Source: a virus | Direction: 5' to 3' (one strand) | DNA length: 64,000 nt | Virus record (IMG/VR): IMGVR_UViG_3300023184_000030 | Coordinates: 64,001-128,000 of that record | Shown here: positions 31,101 through 39,953 of the stretch, piece by piece | Layout: each line of letters starts with the position of its first letter | Position numbering within the stretch: position 1 is the stretch's first letter | Position numbers and translations under genes: made by a program | Notes under the pieces: generated by a model | The model's database searches: none | What the model saw: only the letters and a program-made list of their open reading frames with translations | Told to the model about the DNA's origin: nothing

Positions 31101-32292
31101 GATTTAGCCAATACTCTTTTATCCTTAAATCCTGATAACCAAAGAATCTAATCGCATTGATCAGACCTTTATAACTTCCTATATAGGGAAATATTTCTTC
31201 ACCTGCTATTAATAGTTCTTTTCTCTTGTCATTTATTTCTATGTAATTAGGAAGGGGTTCAACCGGATCGTGATCTCTAAGTATAATTGAATCGTCCTGA
31301 TAGAAAGCTCTACCCATGTTTTGTAACATGACGCTAAATCTTTCATCCTCGCCAACTATCTCTCCATAAAAATCCATCTCGATTATTTTTACCGGAGTTC
31401 CGGTACTAATATCTTCTATGATTAATTTTCTCTCGTAGATATTGGATGCTAAGTCAGTTGCATTAATAGCAACATTTATAGATAAAGCCTCAGAATTTAC
31501 TGAAGATGTAGAAACGTAACCATTACCAGAAAGGGTATCGGTAGGATCGAGATCCACATTATAGACTAGATTGGGATAACTAACTATCAAAGGGTATCCG
31601 TCTCCACCCTCAAGCTGGTCTTCTATTTTATATGTGAATAGGATTTCTGAAACATCTGTTTCGCCATAGCTATCATTATACCATCTGGATCTCCATTTAC
31701 CAGCGGTAGCCCCAGTGGCTCCTGTATGAGGAAGCCCATATTCTAGGTTACCCCCATTATTAAGCGTCTGTACTATAAATATTTGTTGGTTCTCATAAAG
31801 TCCGGAAGAAACCGGATCAAAATATATGTTACCTTTAAAATACCCACCCGGTCTATTAGAATATGTTGTACTAAAATAAATTTGATTATTTAGACTTATT
31901 AATCTTTGGCCATTAATGGTATCAAGTTCAAAGCTAACAGTTAAGTATGTTGAATTATTTACAACAGCGGATATTTTAGCTTCAAATTCCCCTTGGTTTG
32001 CTATTCTACCCTTAATGTATACATCTGCGCCATTAAGTATAGCGCTGTTTATCGAATCGCCCCAAGCTACAATATTAAATCCATTTACATCGGATATATT
32101 CAAATCAATATAACCCGGATCAACGTCCAGCTGACTAACTGATACTTGACCGTCAGAAGAAACCGATGATGAAGTTACGTACGTAAACTTTTGATCAAGT
32201 TCACTAGGACCTGTTGCCCCAATGTAATTAAAGTTTAGTGGGCTTCCAGTCTTATCATAAAAATTAAGCCTTCTATAGAAAAATTCTGACAT
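28102..32292 (-). CDS. Large baseplate wedge protein (gp7-like position) with inserted accessory domains (1396 aa)
   Basis: IFPYIGSYKGLINAIRFFGY.DLRIKEYW resembles tail protein I/gp7-type wedge segments; lies just downstream of the gp6-like gene. Confidence 0.55.
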   Translation of the reverse strand: MSEFFYRRLNFYDKTGSPLNFNYIGATGPSELDQKFTYVTSSSVSSDGQVSVSQLDVDPGYIDLNISDVNGFNIVAWGDSINSAILNGADVYIKGRIANQGEFEAKISAVVNNSTYLTVSFELDTINGQRLISLNNQIYFSTTYSNRPGGYFKGNIYFDPVSSGLYENQQIFIVQTLNNGGNLEYGLPHTGATGATAGKWRSRWYNDSYGETDVSEILFTYKIEDQLEGGDGYPLIVSYPNLVYNVDLDPTDTLSGNGYVSTSSVNSEALSINVAINATDLASNIYERKLIIEDISTGTPVKIIEMDFYGEIVGEDERFSVMLQNMGRAFYQDDSIILRDHDPVEPLPNYIEINDKRKELLIAGEEIFPYIGSYKGLINAIRFFGYQDLRIKEYWLNLQYQSARLESPLQQNQRFLNQIKEQQSTGYSQSYQVGDVLDNPNSGKYKLVQTYGPNADGQYVLDVSSDTTILPSRTYKKTSLFGLYYDINKLTGYDSDYGYPGVVDNFQFTQEEVLIKMFALKERLKRDYLPLNARIIDITGEGIYFNVYNTKAWTDVMQRPDIESGFYTDIKVTPDFGFIGDLRNFSIRPLSTSIQTPSSYYNTFDAYVNVLGGTGSALYITGLTGATGLTGPNPVLNINAGNTYEFSISTAGSDFYITTDPGLSQIDPLGIINNGVTSGGPNLIWNVTPQQTSPVYYYSSTNKTLLNGVIEVAPAELSDLGNIVDPLSNQQIYTAPQNNSLLNAITNFYDLKQNGELLELGDGKYDPPAYVDPTTGLTYDTPLGMPIVLELILDRWSWDELNINWSSLLTPVFKVGSRVLYKPTNIFGTVTAVSYSTGVYTIFLDNSTTVNTDEASLFSTIQNYSLLNWRNVDFSNMVDIEWIINKSATQQGSPYNFQFRGSILDFYTLAHFVPYTGVYQVTCNVYDAFNAKTVAIKNGAITVSPKIIDIDAWTRYREVEDYTWRNVFKGWEDYNSIWEYPAEGETIEILEKTIPSEILDFATYGNKSEEGQDAYVKVNTDPIGATGYISFTQENIAITEITSYLIIAGQYSFATVICATPHNLSTGEEVTLLNTIPQLVGRWIITVPSGSNNSFTIPTIMSSSWNNTIGLTGPSRLSVDSSIFTNQYVTGAGSISVYVSGRLIGSSNSGDSLYRTVNGITSSVNSLRTYPDYFASCTDPGNDPVTLVIAAPDEMGADQNGVLLTYETTGSISIISDSGELSGGSSPAETYVYWSESSESLPNANLKYWGTKKLNWDVFTDNGWDEGYAHTWLDYEFNNDWLGGYELHNITPGDFLKISTGNEFYPYPTGMTIQPGSASLTIGELSDQLNNSADTNIQNFYYRPIPNESGNLPLNSPPINVSINNSEVFNSASSSPPSQIGGSGLLIAGFTYQLYP

Positions 32293-32295
32293 ATT

Positions 32296-32826
32296 TTAAA
32301 AAACCCTTTTATTATTTTTCTTAACTGTGTAATTAACAAAATTCTTAATCTGTTTGGTCGTTTCAACCAGACCAAAAACTACTCTATTAAAATATCCAAG
32401 TATTCCTTCTTTAATAGGATCTCTATAAAGAACATTGGATAAAGATCTTTTTAATAACTGATCCCTATAATCAAATCCATTATAAAGATTGTCATTAAAG
32501 CTATCCCTTATGTCATAGATATTCTGGGTAGGATCGAATTCATAATACCTTCTTTCTACTGGAATTTTTGGCATTAATTTCATAATAGTTTTATATTCCA
32601 ACATATCAGAGCAAGGTGCATATTTATATTCACCCAAACCACTAGAAAGAATCCTTCTATATCCAGAGCATCCTATATTATAAGATCTATCCGAAGCAAG
32701 TTCTGCTGTTGGGTATAAATCCTTAGGATCATAGAAAGTAGTGTTATCAGTTCTTGGTTTTATCCCAGCAACTGTATAGTTTACTCCTTTCTTAAGGTCA
32801 GGGAAAAATGGTGAATAGTTATCCAT
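32296..32826 (-). CDS. Hypothetical baseplate-associated protein (176 aa)
   Basis: ORF coupled to the gp6-like gene (1-nt overlap TAATG). Confidence 0.6.
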   Translation of the reverse strand: MDNYSPFFPDLKKGVNYTVAGIKPRTDNTTFYDPKDLYPTAELASDRSYNIGCSGYRRILSSGLGEYKYAPCSDMLEYKTIMKLMPKIPVERRYYEFDPTQNIYDIRDSFNDNLYNGFDYRDQLLKRSLSNVLYRDPIKEGILGYFNRVVFGLVETTKQIKNFVNYTVKKNNKRVF

Positions 32827-34550
32827 TAGTTATTGTTTATAAGTTGAGATTTCATTTCAGCATTTAGAGACATGTTGAAATTCACAGGTATTACTTTAGC
32901 AATACTTACATTAAGAGCTCCCGGTTTACCCTGAACTATTCCCTGCTGGTAATTTGTACCGTTTCTATCGCTCCATCCTCCTCTTAAAACAACCAGATCA
33001 TTTCTACCTATTATAATATCACCAAACTCATTAAGGCCAACCTGTTGTTGTAATTGTGCATCCGAAACGTTGGTTAAACTTCTAAGTAAAGTTTGATTTT
33101 TTTCATTAGCTTCTCCGACAAAATAGAAAGAAACCGAATCTACTCCTTCAACGGATTCCACTAAAGCTATTATATCTGATTTAGGAATGAAATCTCTCCT
33201 TTTTAGATTTAACATATACTCGGAAACTTTCTTTCTTATAGCTTGTCTTATCGTCTCAGGATCATATCCTTCAAACATAGTAATCACCACGTTTGCCACG
33301 TATCTTTTAATTTGGGGTTCTACTATTCTAACAACAGTTGTTGCAATCATAGACCCAGAATCCTCAATAAGATTTATTACCTTAGTTTTCTGATTAGTAG
33401 TAAGTAAAAAGTCTGATACTGGGATATCGAAATAATCCTCATTAGAAGAAATATTTAAAGTTATATCAGGGACTAGGAAAATATAAACTACGTTATCATC
33501 GTCCAGATAATCATCATCAAATGTAGAAAATGCTTGGATCTGCGAAAATATCCCAAGTTTATTTAGAAAAATCTCATAATTTTGCGCATTAGCAAAAACG
33601 AAAGATCTACTGGTCTTTGGTGCAACCAATCTTATCAGATTTGTAGTTTCTGGATTTGTTCCGAAAGAAGGATCTATAGAATTAAGTGCATCTATGTAGT
33701 TATTTAGATCTACCTCAGCTCCAAATAAATCTGTCCCGCTGCTAACAAATTTATAGGTTAGTGGTTTTTCCTTAGTTGAAACAGCGTTTCCTGATCCTCC
33801 TGAGGTCTGAAGATATTCTATTCTTATTCTCGATCCTCTTTGTGGAACCATACCAAAATTAGAATTACCAAAATAAACATCAAGGCCTTCCTGTATTCCT
33901 GTTCTGACTATAAAGCCCTTTCCGTTTAAAGGAATATCATATAGAGAATCGTATCTTCTCCATTTTTCCTCATTAACATAAACATCAACATAGAACTGAT
34001 CAAGGTAAGCTCCAGAAGAAGACGGAAGATTAAAACTTTGTAAAACGCTTCCTGTTCCAGTTACCACAGAACTGATAAAATCCCCCTGTGCTACTTTAAC
34101 TCTAAGAGGGCTTGGACTACCTCCAAGTTGAATTGTTACCCTTGAAGATCCAAAAACTAATGAATATAATTTACCGTTTTCCTGACACCTTATTTGAGCA
34201 TGGTTGTTTATTATAACCGCACTTCCACCTATATCTGATTGTCTTCTATTCCAAGATAGAGTTACCTCTCCTTGTGCAGTACTTGCTCTCCCTGGATCAT
34301 AACCAGCTATTCTAGCTAAACTCCTAACAGAATAATCTCTGGTTGCTTGCTCTATATTTAATTCAGTTATCGAATCCTCTATGAAATATAGAATCATCTG
34401 CGAAAGGTTCTGTAAAACGAAAAGTATCTGTCCCCAAGCAGATGCTACGGTAAAAAGATTTGTCGTTTGGTTATACGTGTCTTGCAGGAAAGAAAACGTG
34501 TCGTTTAATAGACCGTTAATTAGGATATTATTCTTCTTAAAAATATTCAT
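32826..34550 (-). CDS. gp6: Baseplate wedge subunit, T4 gp6/baseplate J-like (574 aa)
   Basis: ELNIEQATRDYSVRSLARIAGY, VYFGNSNFG..P..GSRIRIEYLQTSG..GN, E...IR..AP motifs. Confidence 0.8.
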   Translation of the reverse strand: MNIFKKNNILINGLLNDTFSFLQDTYNQTTNLFTVASAWGQILFVLQNLSQMILYFIEDSITELNIEQATRDYSVRSLARIAGYDPGRASTAQGEVTLSWNRRQSDIGGSAVIINNHAQIRCQENGKLYSLVFGSSRVTIQLGGSPSPLRVKVAQGDFISSVVTGTGSVLQSFNLPSSSGAYLDQFYVDVYVNEEKWRRYDSLYDIPLNGKGFIVRTGIQEGLDVYFGNSNFGMVPQRGSRIRIEYLQTSGGSGNAVSTKEKPLTYKFVSSGTDLFGAEVDLNNYIDALNSIDPSFGTNPETTNLIRLVAPKTSRSFVFANAQNYEIFLNKLGIFSQIQAFSTFDDDYLDDDNVVYIFLVPDITLNISSNEDYFDIPVSDFLLTTNQKTKVINLIEDSGSMIATTVVRIVEPQIKRYVANVVITMFEGYDPETIRQAIRKKVSEYMLNLKRRDFIPKSDIIALVESVEGVDSVSFYFVGEANEKNQTLLRSLTNVSDAQLQQQVGLNEFGDIIIGRNDLVVLRGGWSDRNGTNYQQGIVQGKPGALNVSIAKVIPVNFNMSLNAEMKSQLINNN

Positions 34551-34559
34551 TTCTGTATA

Positions 34560-34931
34560 TTAGGTTATTCTTAGTGTAACTAGAGGACTTAATCCTCCAT
34601 TTACTGGTATTTTAAAATCTATTGTTGCTATATCTCTTTCTGTTCCTACATAAAATTTAAGATCATAAGAGCCTCCAAGTTTTCTAAAAAGAGGGATATA
34701 TGTTTTTAAAAATAGATCCAATTCTTTCCTTATGCTAGATTCGGAAAGATTTAAGCTAAATATAAGCTCCTCCAGATTAAGCCCAAATTTAGTGTCACCA
34801 AGTACCTCTCCCTTATTGGTAAGAAGCATCATTTTTAATTGGCCTACACAAATCTCCACCGGATCGGTTGTTTCGATCTGGAATGGGTTATAGCTTGGGT
34901 CTAGTGGATCCCTGTTATAAATCTCTCTCAT
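34560..34931 (-). CDS. gp25: Baseplate wedge subunit, gp25-like (123 aa)
   Basis: LKMMLLTNKGEVLGDTKFGLNLEELIF matches the gp25/GPW pattern; precedes the gp6-like gene. Confidence 0.8.
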   Translation of the reverse strand: MREIYNRDPLDPSYNPFQIETTDPVEICVGQLKMMLLTNKGEVLGDTKFGLNLEELIFSLNLSESSIRKELDLFLKTYIPLFRKLGGSYDLKFYVGTERDIATIDFKIPVNGGLSPLVTLRIT

Positions 34932-34947
34932 AGAAAATCTTTCATAT

Positions 34948-34955
34948 TATATATC
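34948..34955 (-). promoter_or_regulatory. Putative late promoter GATATATA
   Basis: 24 nt upstream of ATG 34931, just downstream of a terminator. Confidence 0.65.
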
Positions 34956-34983
34956 ATAGATTTTAAACACGCTGAACGTAAAC

Positions 34984-35018
34984 AAAAAACCTCTCGCTTT
35001 TTTAAAAACGAGAGGTTT
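34984..35018 (-). terminator. Rho-independent terminator after the neck gene
   Basis: Stem AAACCTCTCG/CGAGAGGTTT followed by a T6 run on the minus strand. Confidence 0.8.
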
Positions 35019-35037
35019 ATCTATAATAAGCTCTATA

Positions 35038-35814
35038 TTAATTCCATTGAAGGAAGTAGCTAGGTGTGTTTTCTCCGTTAATCATATCCATAACTTCCTG
35101 CAATTCTGTTTCCCCAGTGGTTCTGATATCAGAAGCGTTTATCTGAACTCCTCCAGGTAGATTGTAGGTAAATACAGAAAGCATGTTTGCTAGTGCTATT
35201 TTAGATTTAGCTATACAATATCTAACAAAAAGCTCATCTGCAAAAAGATCATCATCATTTAGTGCAACAAAGCATCTAACAGATACATCAGTACCACCAA
35301 CACCAAATCCCTGGGCAAGTTGACCTTTACCAGATCTATTAGGATCTCTACCAGAAATGGTTAATTTTTTGCTATTTTTGTTCCACTTAAAAGCAAAAGT
35401 CTCTAATAAATATGCTTTAGCTAAATCGAAATATGAATACATGACAGTACGATAAACTAAATTATCTCCGACAAAAGGTGAAAGTAATAATTCAGACCCA
35501 AGTAATTTAGAATCTCCAAAATCTTTATCCGGATTACCCGATATTCCTGATCCACCAACTTCTCTAACATCATATACACTAATGATAGATTCTGGTAATT
35601 TTATTTGTCTGGTTGCTCTAAATTCAGGATGTCTAAATATTTCATTCTTCAGGATGAAAACTCTATCCTCGACAGCATATTGATAATTGTCAAAAAACCA
35701 TGCTTTGGCTCTTTTGATTATTCTTTTTGTTTCTTGCTGATTTAGATTATATGGAAGGGCACAGCTAAAAGAAAGTGCGTCTTCTATTTCTTGTATTAAT
35801 TCTTCTTCTGTCAT
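35038..35814 (-). CDS. gp13: Neck protein, T4 gp13-like (258 aa)
   Basis: C-terminal RYCIAKSK....LS.FTYNLPGGVQINASDI...G..EL motif typical of gp13-like neck proteins. Confidence 0.75.
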   Translation of the reverse strand: MTEEELIQEIEDALSFSCALPYNLNQQETKRIIKRAKAWFFDNYQYAVEDRVFILKNEIFRHPEFRATRQIKLPESIISVYDVREVGGSGISGNPDKDFGDSKLLGSELLLSPFVGDNLVYRTVMYSYFDLAKAYLLETFAFKWNKNSKKLTISGRDPNRSGKGQLAQGFGVGGTDVSVRCFVALNDDDLFADELFVRYCIAKSKIALANMLSVFTYNLPGGVQINASDIRTTGETELQEVMDMINGENTPSYFLQWN

Positions 35815-35830
35815 CTTTTAGCGGTTATTT

Positions 35831-37237
35831 TTAAAAGTTCATGTTACCGAATCTTGGATTATTGTATCTATCATTTAGATCCTTTAATCTCTTGTCGGTA
35901 ACGAATCTTTCTTTTCTGAAATCTTCCCAGCCTTTAACTTTCAATGTCTCCTTACTTACGTCGGCGTTTTCACCAATCTCACCGGCTCTTAAAACTCCAT
36001 CCTTTATCTTACAATTGATACTTTTACCTTCGCAATCAATAAAGCAATCTTCAAGTTCGTTTCCGAAATCAACAACACAATCTTTAATCTTCGAAGATGT
36101 AACTGTTGTGTCATTAACTATATAGCATTCCTCTATCGATGATTTTTTTATCTTAGAGCTGTAGATATTACAGTTTTTGATGACACCATTCTTTATATCA
36201 CAAAGTATAAGATCAATGTCTTTAAGTTCCAAAGCCTCTCTACTTCTAGCGTCTTTTAATTGACATCTTCCTGTGGTAGTGTCATAATTAAAATATCCTG
36301 ACGTAACGTTACCCTCGACGATTATATCGAATATTTTATCTCTGATAACTGACCAGTATGTTTTTATATTCTCGTCCCATCCTTTAAGATCTACAAAGAT
36401 ATGAAAATCTGGGTAATTTCTAAAGAAGAAATCAGGATCACTAAAAGATCTAACGACCTTAGTATACTGATTCATCATACTTTGAAGCTTAGCAAGATCC
36501 TCTTTTGAGTATCCTATTATTCTATGACTAAGCAAATCATAAAGGTAAAGAATTACATAATCTATGACCTCTCTTATGTCTTTGCTTTTCTTCTGGTAAT
36601 CTCTATTACCGAGATATCTAAATTCTAAATACCCCTTTGGTATTTTTGTGAAGTTTACTCCATAGTATTTGTCCTCAGGAACTTTAAACATTCGGGGATC
36701 AATGGTAGTTAGATTTTCAACCATAGAAAATCTATTTCTAGGAACTACTCTTTTTATAGATTTGGCGTAAACGTTTTTAGACCTATTACCAAATTTTGAA
36801 TAGATAAAATTCTCATCAAGACCTAGTATAAATTTTAGTTTATCTAGATTTTCTATCTTATCCTTAACGTCTTTTCTGAATTTATCATAGCTAACTGAGA
36901 ACTGGAATGCGCATCTATCTGTCGTCCAACCATTATCATCTATCCAATTAAGAACTTTAATTAATATGGTAATAGCTTCATTATAAGGTAATGGTCCAGT
37001 AATGAACTCCATCATCTTGCTTCCCCCTGAATAATCAGGCTCTAGCTTACATGTGCTGGCATCAACAACAATATTAGAGTGGTACCTTTCTGATACCACT
37101 ACCTTTTTCTTAATCAGCTTAGAAAGAGATTCAGCTGCCCTGCCCTTTAGCATATTAGTATAAAATTCAAATTCGAATCCTATTACAGATGAGCTAAGAG
37201 CATGGAGCTTATCAAAATGTGTTCTGTTATCGGTCAT
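35831..37237 (-). CDS. Putative amidoligase (Amidoligase_2/COOH-NH2 ligase-like) with C-terminal pentapeptide-like beta-solenoid (468 aa)
   Basis: IGFEFEF, EPDYS..MEFITGP, KYYGVNF, YLEFRY motifs; usual G-x-H-x-H position reads AFQFS; C-terminal IKNCN/IYSSK/IKKSS/IEECY repeats. Confidence 0.6.
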   Translation of the reverse strand: MTDNRTHFDKLHALSSSVIGFEFEFYTNMLKGRAAESLSKLIKKKVVVSERYHSNIVVDASTCKLEPDYSGGSKMMEFITGPLPYNEAITILIKVLNWIDDNGWTTDRCAFQFSVSYDKFRKDVKDKIENLDKLKFILGLDENFIYSKFGNRSKNVYAKSIKRVVPRNRFSMVENLTTIDPRMFKVPEDKYYGVNFTKIPKGYLEFRYLGNRDYQKKSKDIREVIDYVILYLYDLLSHRIIGYSKEDLAKLQSMMNQYTKVVRSFSDPDFFFRNYPDFHIFVDLKGWDENIKTYWSVIRDKIFDIIVEGNVTSGYFNYDTTTGRCQLKDARSREALELKDIDLILCDIKNGVIKNCNIYSSKIKKSSIEECYIVNDTTVTSSKIKDCVVDFGNELEDCFIDCEGKSINCKIKDGVLRAGEIGENADVSKETLKVKGWEDFRKERFVTDKRLKDLNDRYNNPRFGNMNF

Positions 37238-38417
37238 TTACCGGCTCTGCGAAAATTTTTCCGCTAGCAGGTTCAACTTCGTAAACCGTAACTAGTAGAT
37301 CATCCCCAGGTTTAAGATTTTTGGTATTTTTACCAATTCTCTCCTGAGGGATAAGAGCCATAAGACCAAATTCTACAAGATCAATAAGAATACCATTCTT
37401 TCTCTTGTGTTTAATTTTTGCTTCAATTGGCTCGCATGTTCCGTCCTTAATTTGTTTATCAAGATCGTGTATAATAACGTTTCTTTCTAGAGGTTTCTCT
37501 AGAGTTAATGTTAATCTGTTATTATCTTTAATTTCCTTAACGTAGAATTCAATCTCATCACCAGGATTTACTCCAGTGATCGAGTTATCCTCGCTGAATT
37601 CAGTTTTATGGATAAGTCCTGTGTAAACCTCTTCCCATTCAACAAATACGCCAAAGTCGCTTGTTCCAGTAACATATCCTTTATATTTCTTAGTAAGATC
37701 CAATTCCTGAATCTTGCTTTCCATAATTTTATTAAGATATTTCTTGTAAGAAACGATAAAGATGTCTTTAGGCTCAACGTAGCCCTCAATCATTACATGT
37801 AATTCTTTTCCGATATAAGATTCAAAATCTGTGATTCTATTGGCAGCAGCCAAAGATCCAGGTAAGAAACATTTAATTCCTGATAGATCAACAATGTATC
37901 CACCTTTATTAATGCTCTCAATTTTAACTCTGTATGCGCTAGACTCCTTCTTAATCTGTTCGAATAATTCAACTCTAAGACTGTGGATATAATATTCGAC
38001 AACCGAACCTGTGTATATCCCGCCGCTTTTTCTAATCTTAGCCTGTAATACATCGCCAGGATTGAAAGATATGCCAGTTATTTTTAATTTGTCAGCGTCC
38101 TTTCTCTCCTTCTTAAGATCTATGTAAATTGTTTGCCCTGTGCTTGTCTGTGCTAGTGCCTCAGTCTCGGTAACACTTACAACCTTACATGGGTAAACGT
38201 TACCTTCGTCAAGATCTTTAGATAAACTCGTATTTTCAGGAACGTCTCTGAAATAATTATTATAAGCATCTAAAAGTTCCTGAGCATAAGGCTCATGACA
38301 ATAAATTTTTGACCCACTAGGAATCCTTTTTAGTTTAGTGTTTGGTTTTCTGCCATTCTCTACTTCCCAGTTAAAATCGTCTGGATTGTGTGTTTTAGTT
38401 GATGATAAATCAATCAT
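37227..38417 (-). CDS. rpsA: Ribosomal protein S1-like multi-S1-domain RNA-binding protein (396 aa)
   Basis: S1 repeats: INKGGYIVDLSGIKCFLPGS, GYVTGTSDFGVFVE...TGLIHKTE..NPGDEI.FYV, NGILIDL...ALIP...LKPGD. Confidence 0.85.
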   Translation of the reverse strand: MIDLSSTKTHNPDDFNWEVENGRKPNTKLKRIPSGSKIYCHEPYAQELLDAYNNYFRDVPENTSLSKDLDEGNVYPCKVVSVTETEALAQTSTGQTIYIDLKKERKDADKLKITGISFNPGDVLQAKIRKSGGIYTGSVVEYYIHSLRVELFEQIKKESSAYRVKIESINKGGYIVDLSGIKCFLPGSLAAANRITDFESYIGKELHVMIEGYVEPKDIFIVSYKKYLNKIMESKIQELDLTKKYKGYVTGTSDFGVFVEWEEVYTGLIHKTEFSEDNSITGVNPGDEIEFYVKEIKDNNRLTLTLEKPLERNVIIHDLDKQIKDGTCEPIEAKIKHKRKNGILIDLVEFGLMALIPQERIGKNTKNLKPGDDLLVTVYEVEPASGKIFAEPVNDR

Positions 38418-38449
38418 GTTTTTTTTGTTTAAGAAGTTATTAATCTTAG

Positions 38450-38457
38450 TATATATC
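38450..38457 (-). promoter_or_regulatory. Putative late promoter GATATATA
   Basis: 40 nt upstream of the S1-like ATG 38417. Confidence 0.65.
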
Positions 38458-38490
38458 TAAGCTTAAGTTCCTTTAAAAGTCCGTAATATT

Positions 38491-39951
38491 TTAAAAAACT
38501 ATGGGAACAAAACCTACCATAGGAACAGGTCCAGCGGTGGTTGGTATACCGCCACTATAAATGAGCTTAAATTCAAGCATATTGGCTGCAAACGAGAAAG
38601 CTAGAGCAGTAGCAACTGCAGTAGCACTAATTGGTTTCTCAGGTAAAGTTTTGAAAAGTTTTCCTGTATTTAATGCTCTTCTAAGATAACCAGCAAGTCT
38701 TTTTCTGCTCCCGTAATAAAGGGGAACATAGAAACCACCTAAAGGTGCGGTAATTATACAGGGCGGTATTGGGGGTGCTGCTGAAAATGGTTGTTGTAGT
38801 GTGGAAGCCCAATAAGCTAAAATTCCGGTAGCCATGATAATATAAGGGTCATTAACGTCGTCTTTCTCTGAAGCTTTCTTTTCCGCATCTGCTAATTCCT
38901 GGATGTACCTTTGTTTTAGTTCAACAAATCTCTTTGCCTCTTCACCATATGCTGCAGCTTTTGTTGCATTTATACCAGCCAAAGAATTCTCTAGACCTTG
39001 CTTATATGTGCTATAAGTAGATGAGCTCTTTGACAGATAATTTAACTGCTGTATATTGAACGATCCGATATTTCCCCCGAAGAGCTTATCTAGATTATCA
39101 TTAGTTAATATATTACTTACTTTAAATGTTTCGTCTATAGCCAGGTTTACTATATAATTATCCTGAGTTAGCCTTTTAAAGTATCTGCTGTTATAATTTT
39201 TATCATAGGTGAACTTAGTTATAAAATCTCTTACCATATAATCAGGTATTCTCTGTGGATCATTAATGTGCTCCTCTTGAAACAATTCCTTAGAAATATT
39301 GACATCCGGAAGATTCTTAAAATCTTCTATTTTTTTACTTCCGCTAGTTCCTATGCTCTTTATGATTTCTAGAGCTTTGTTTGAAATCTCTGTTGTCCAA
39401 TCGGGATAACTAGGATCAAATCTCAGTACATATAGCCATTGGATATAATCTGATGTTCCGTCATATTTCTGGACTATTCTTCTTGCTATCTCTAAAACCT
39501 GCTGGCTTCTAGTAGTCGGAAAATTTGGAAATTGCGAGAAGAATAACGAATAGGTAAAGTCCGGTATAGTTTCTCCCCTTGACTCTGCCCAAGCTAAAAA
39601 CTCAAGATCAAACTTATCAAGATATGCGTCAGTATTAACAGAGGGAATTGGATCTTTTAAATCCGCATATTTAGGATCCTTTATTTTATCTGCTAATGTT
39701 GGTGATCTTTCTTCCTCCAGTAATTTAAAAGCTTTTTTAAATGCGGTTTTTATAATTTCCGAATCACCCTGCTGATGTAAGTTACCAAAAGGTGTTTGTG
39801 CCTTTCCCGATATAGCCAAAACGTATTGATTTGCTAAATATGTTGCAAAATCATCTACATCTTGTCCTGGCTTATCATAAGCCCCCTGAATTGATTGCAA
39901 AGAAAGCTTAATAGAAACATTACTTATAAAAGAACCCCAATTTGCTGGCAT
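38491..39951 (-). CDS. Hypothetical baseplate/spike-associated protein (486 aa)
   Basis: Directly downstream of the spike gene; Pro-rich hydrophobic C-terminus. Confidence 0.55.
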   Translation of the reverse strand: MPANWGSFISNVSIKLSLQSIQGAYDKPGQDVDDFATYLANQYVLAISGKAQTPFGNLHQQGDSEIIKTAFKKAFKLLEEERSPTLADKIKDPKYADLKDPIPSVNTDAYLDKFDLEFLAWAESRGETIPDFTYSLFFSQFPNFPTTRSQQVLEIARRIVQKYDGTSDYIQWLYVLRFDPSYPDWTTEISNKALEIIKSIGTSGSKKIEDFKNLPDVNISKELFQEEHINDPQRIPDYMVRDFITKFTYDKNYNSRYFKRLTQDNYIVNLAIDETFKVSNILTNDNLDKLFGGNIGSFNIQQLNYLSKSSSTYSTYKQGLENSLAGINATKAAAYGEEAKRFVELKQRYIQELADAEKKASEKDDVNDPYIIMATGILAYWASTLQQPFSAAPPIPPCIITAPLGGFYVPLYYGSRKRLAGYLRRALNTGKLFKTLPEKPISATAVATALAFSFAANMLEFKLIYSGGIPTTAGPVPMVGFVPIVF

Positions 39952-39953
39952 TG

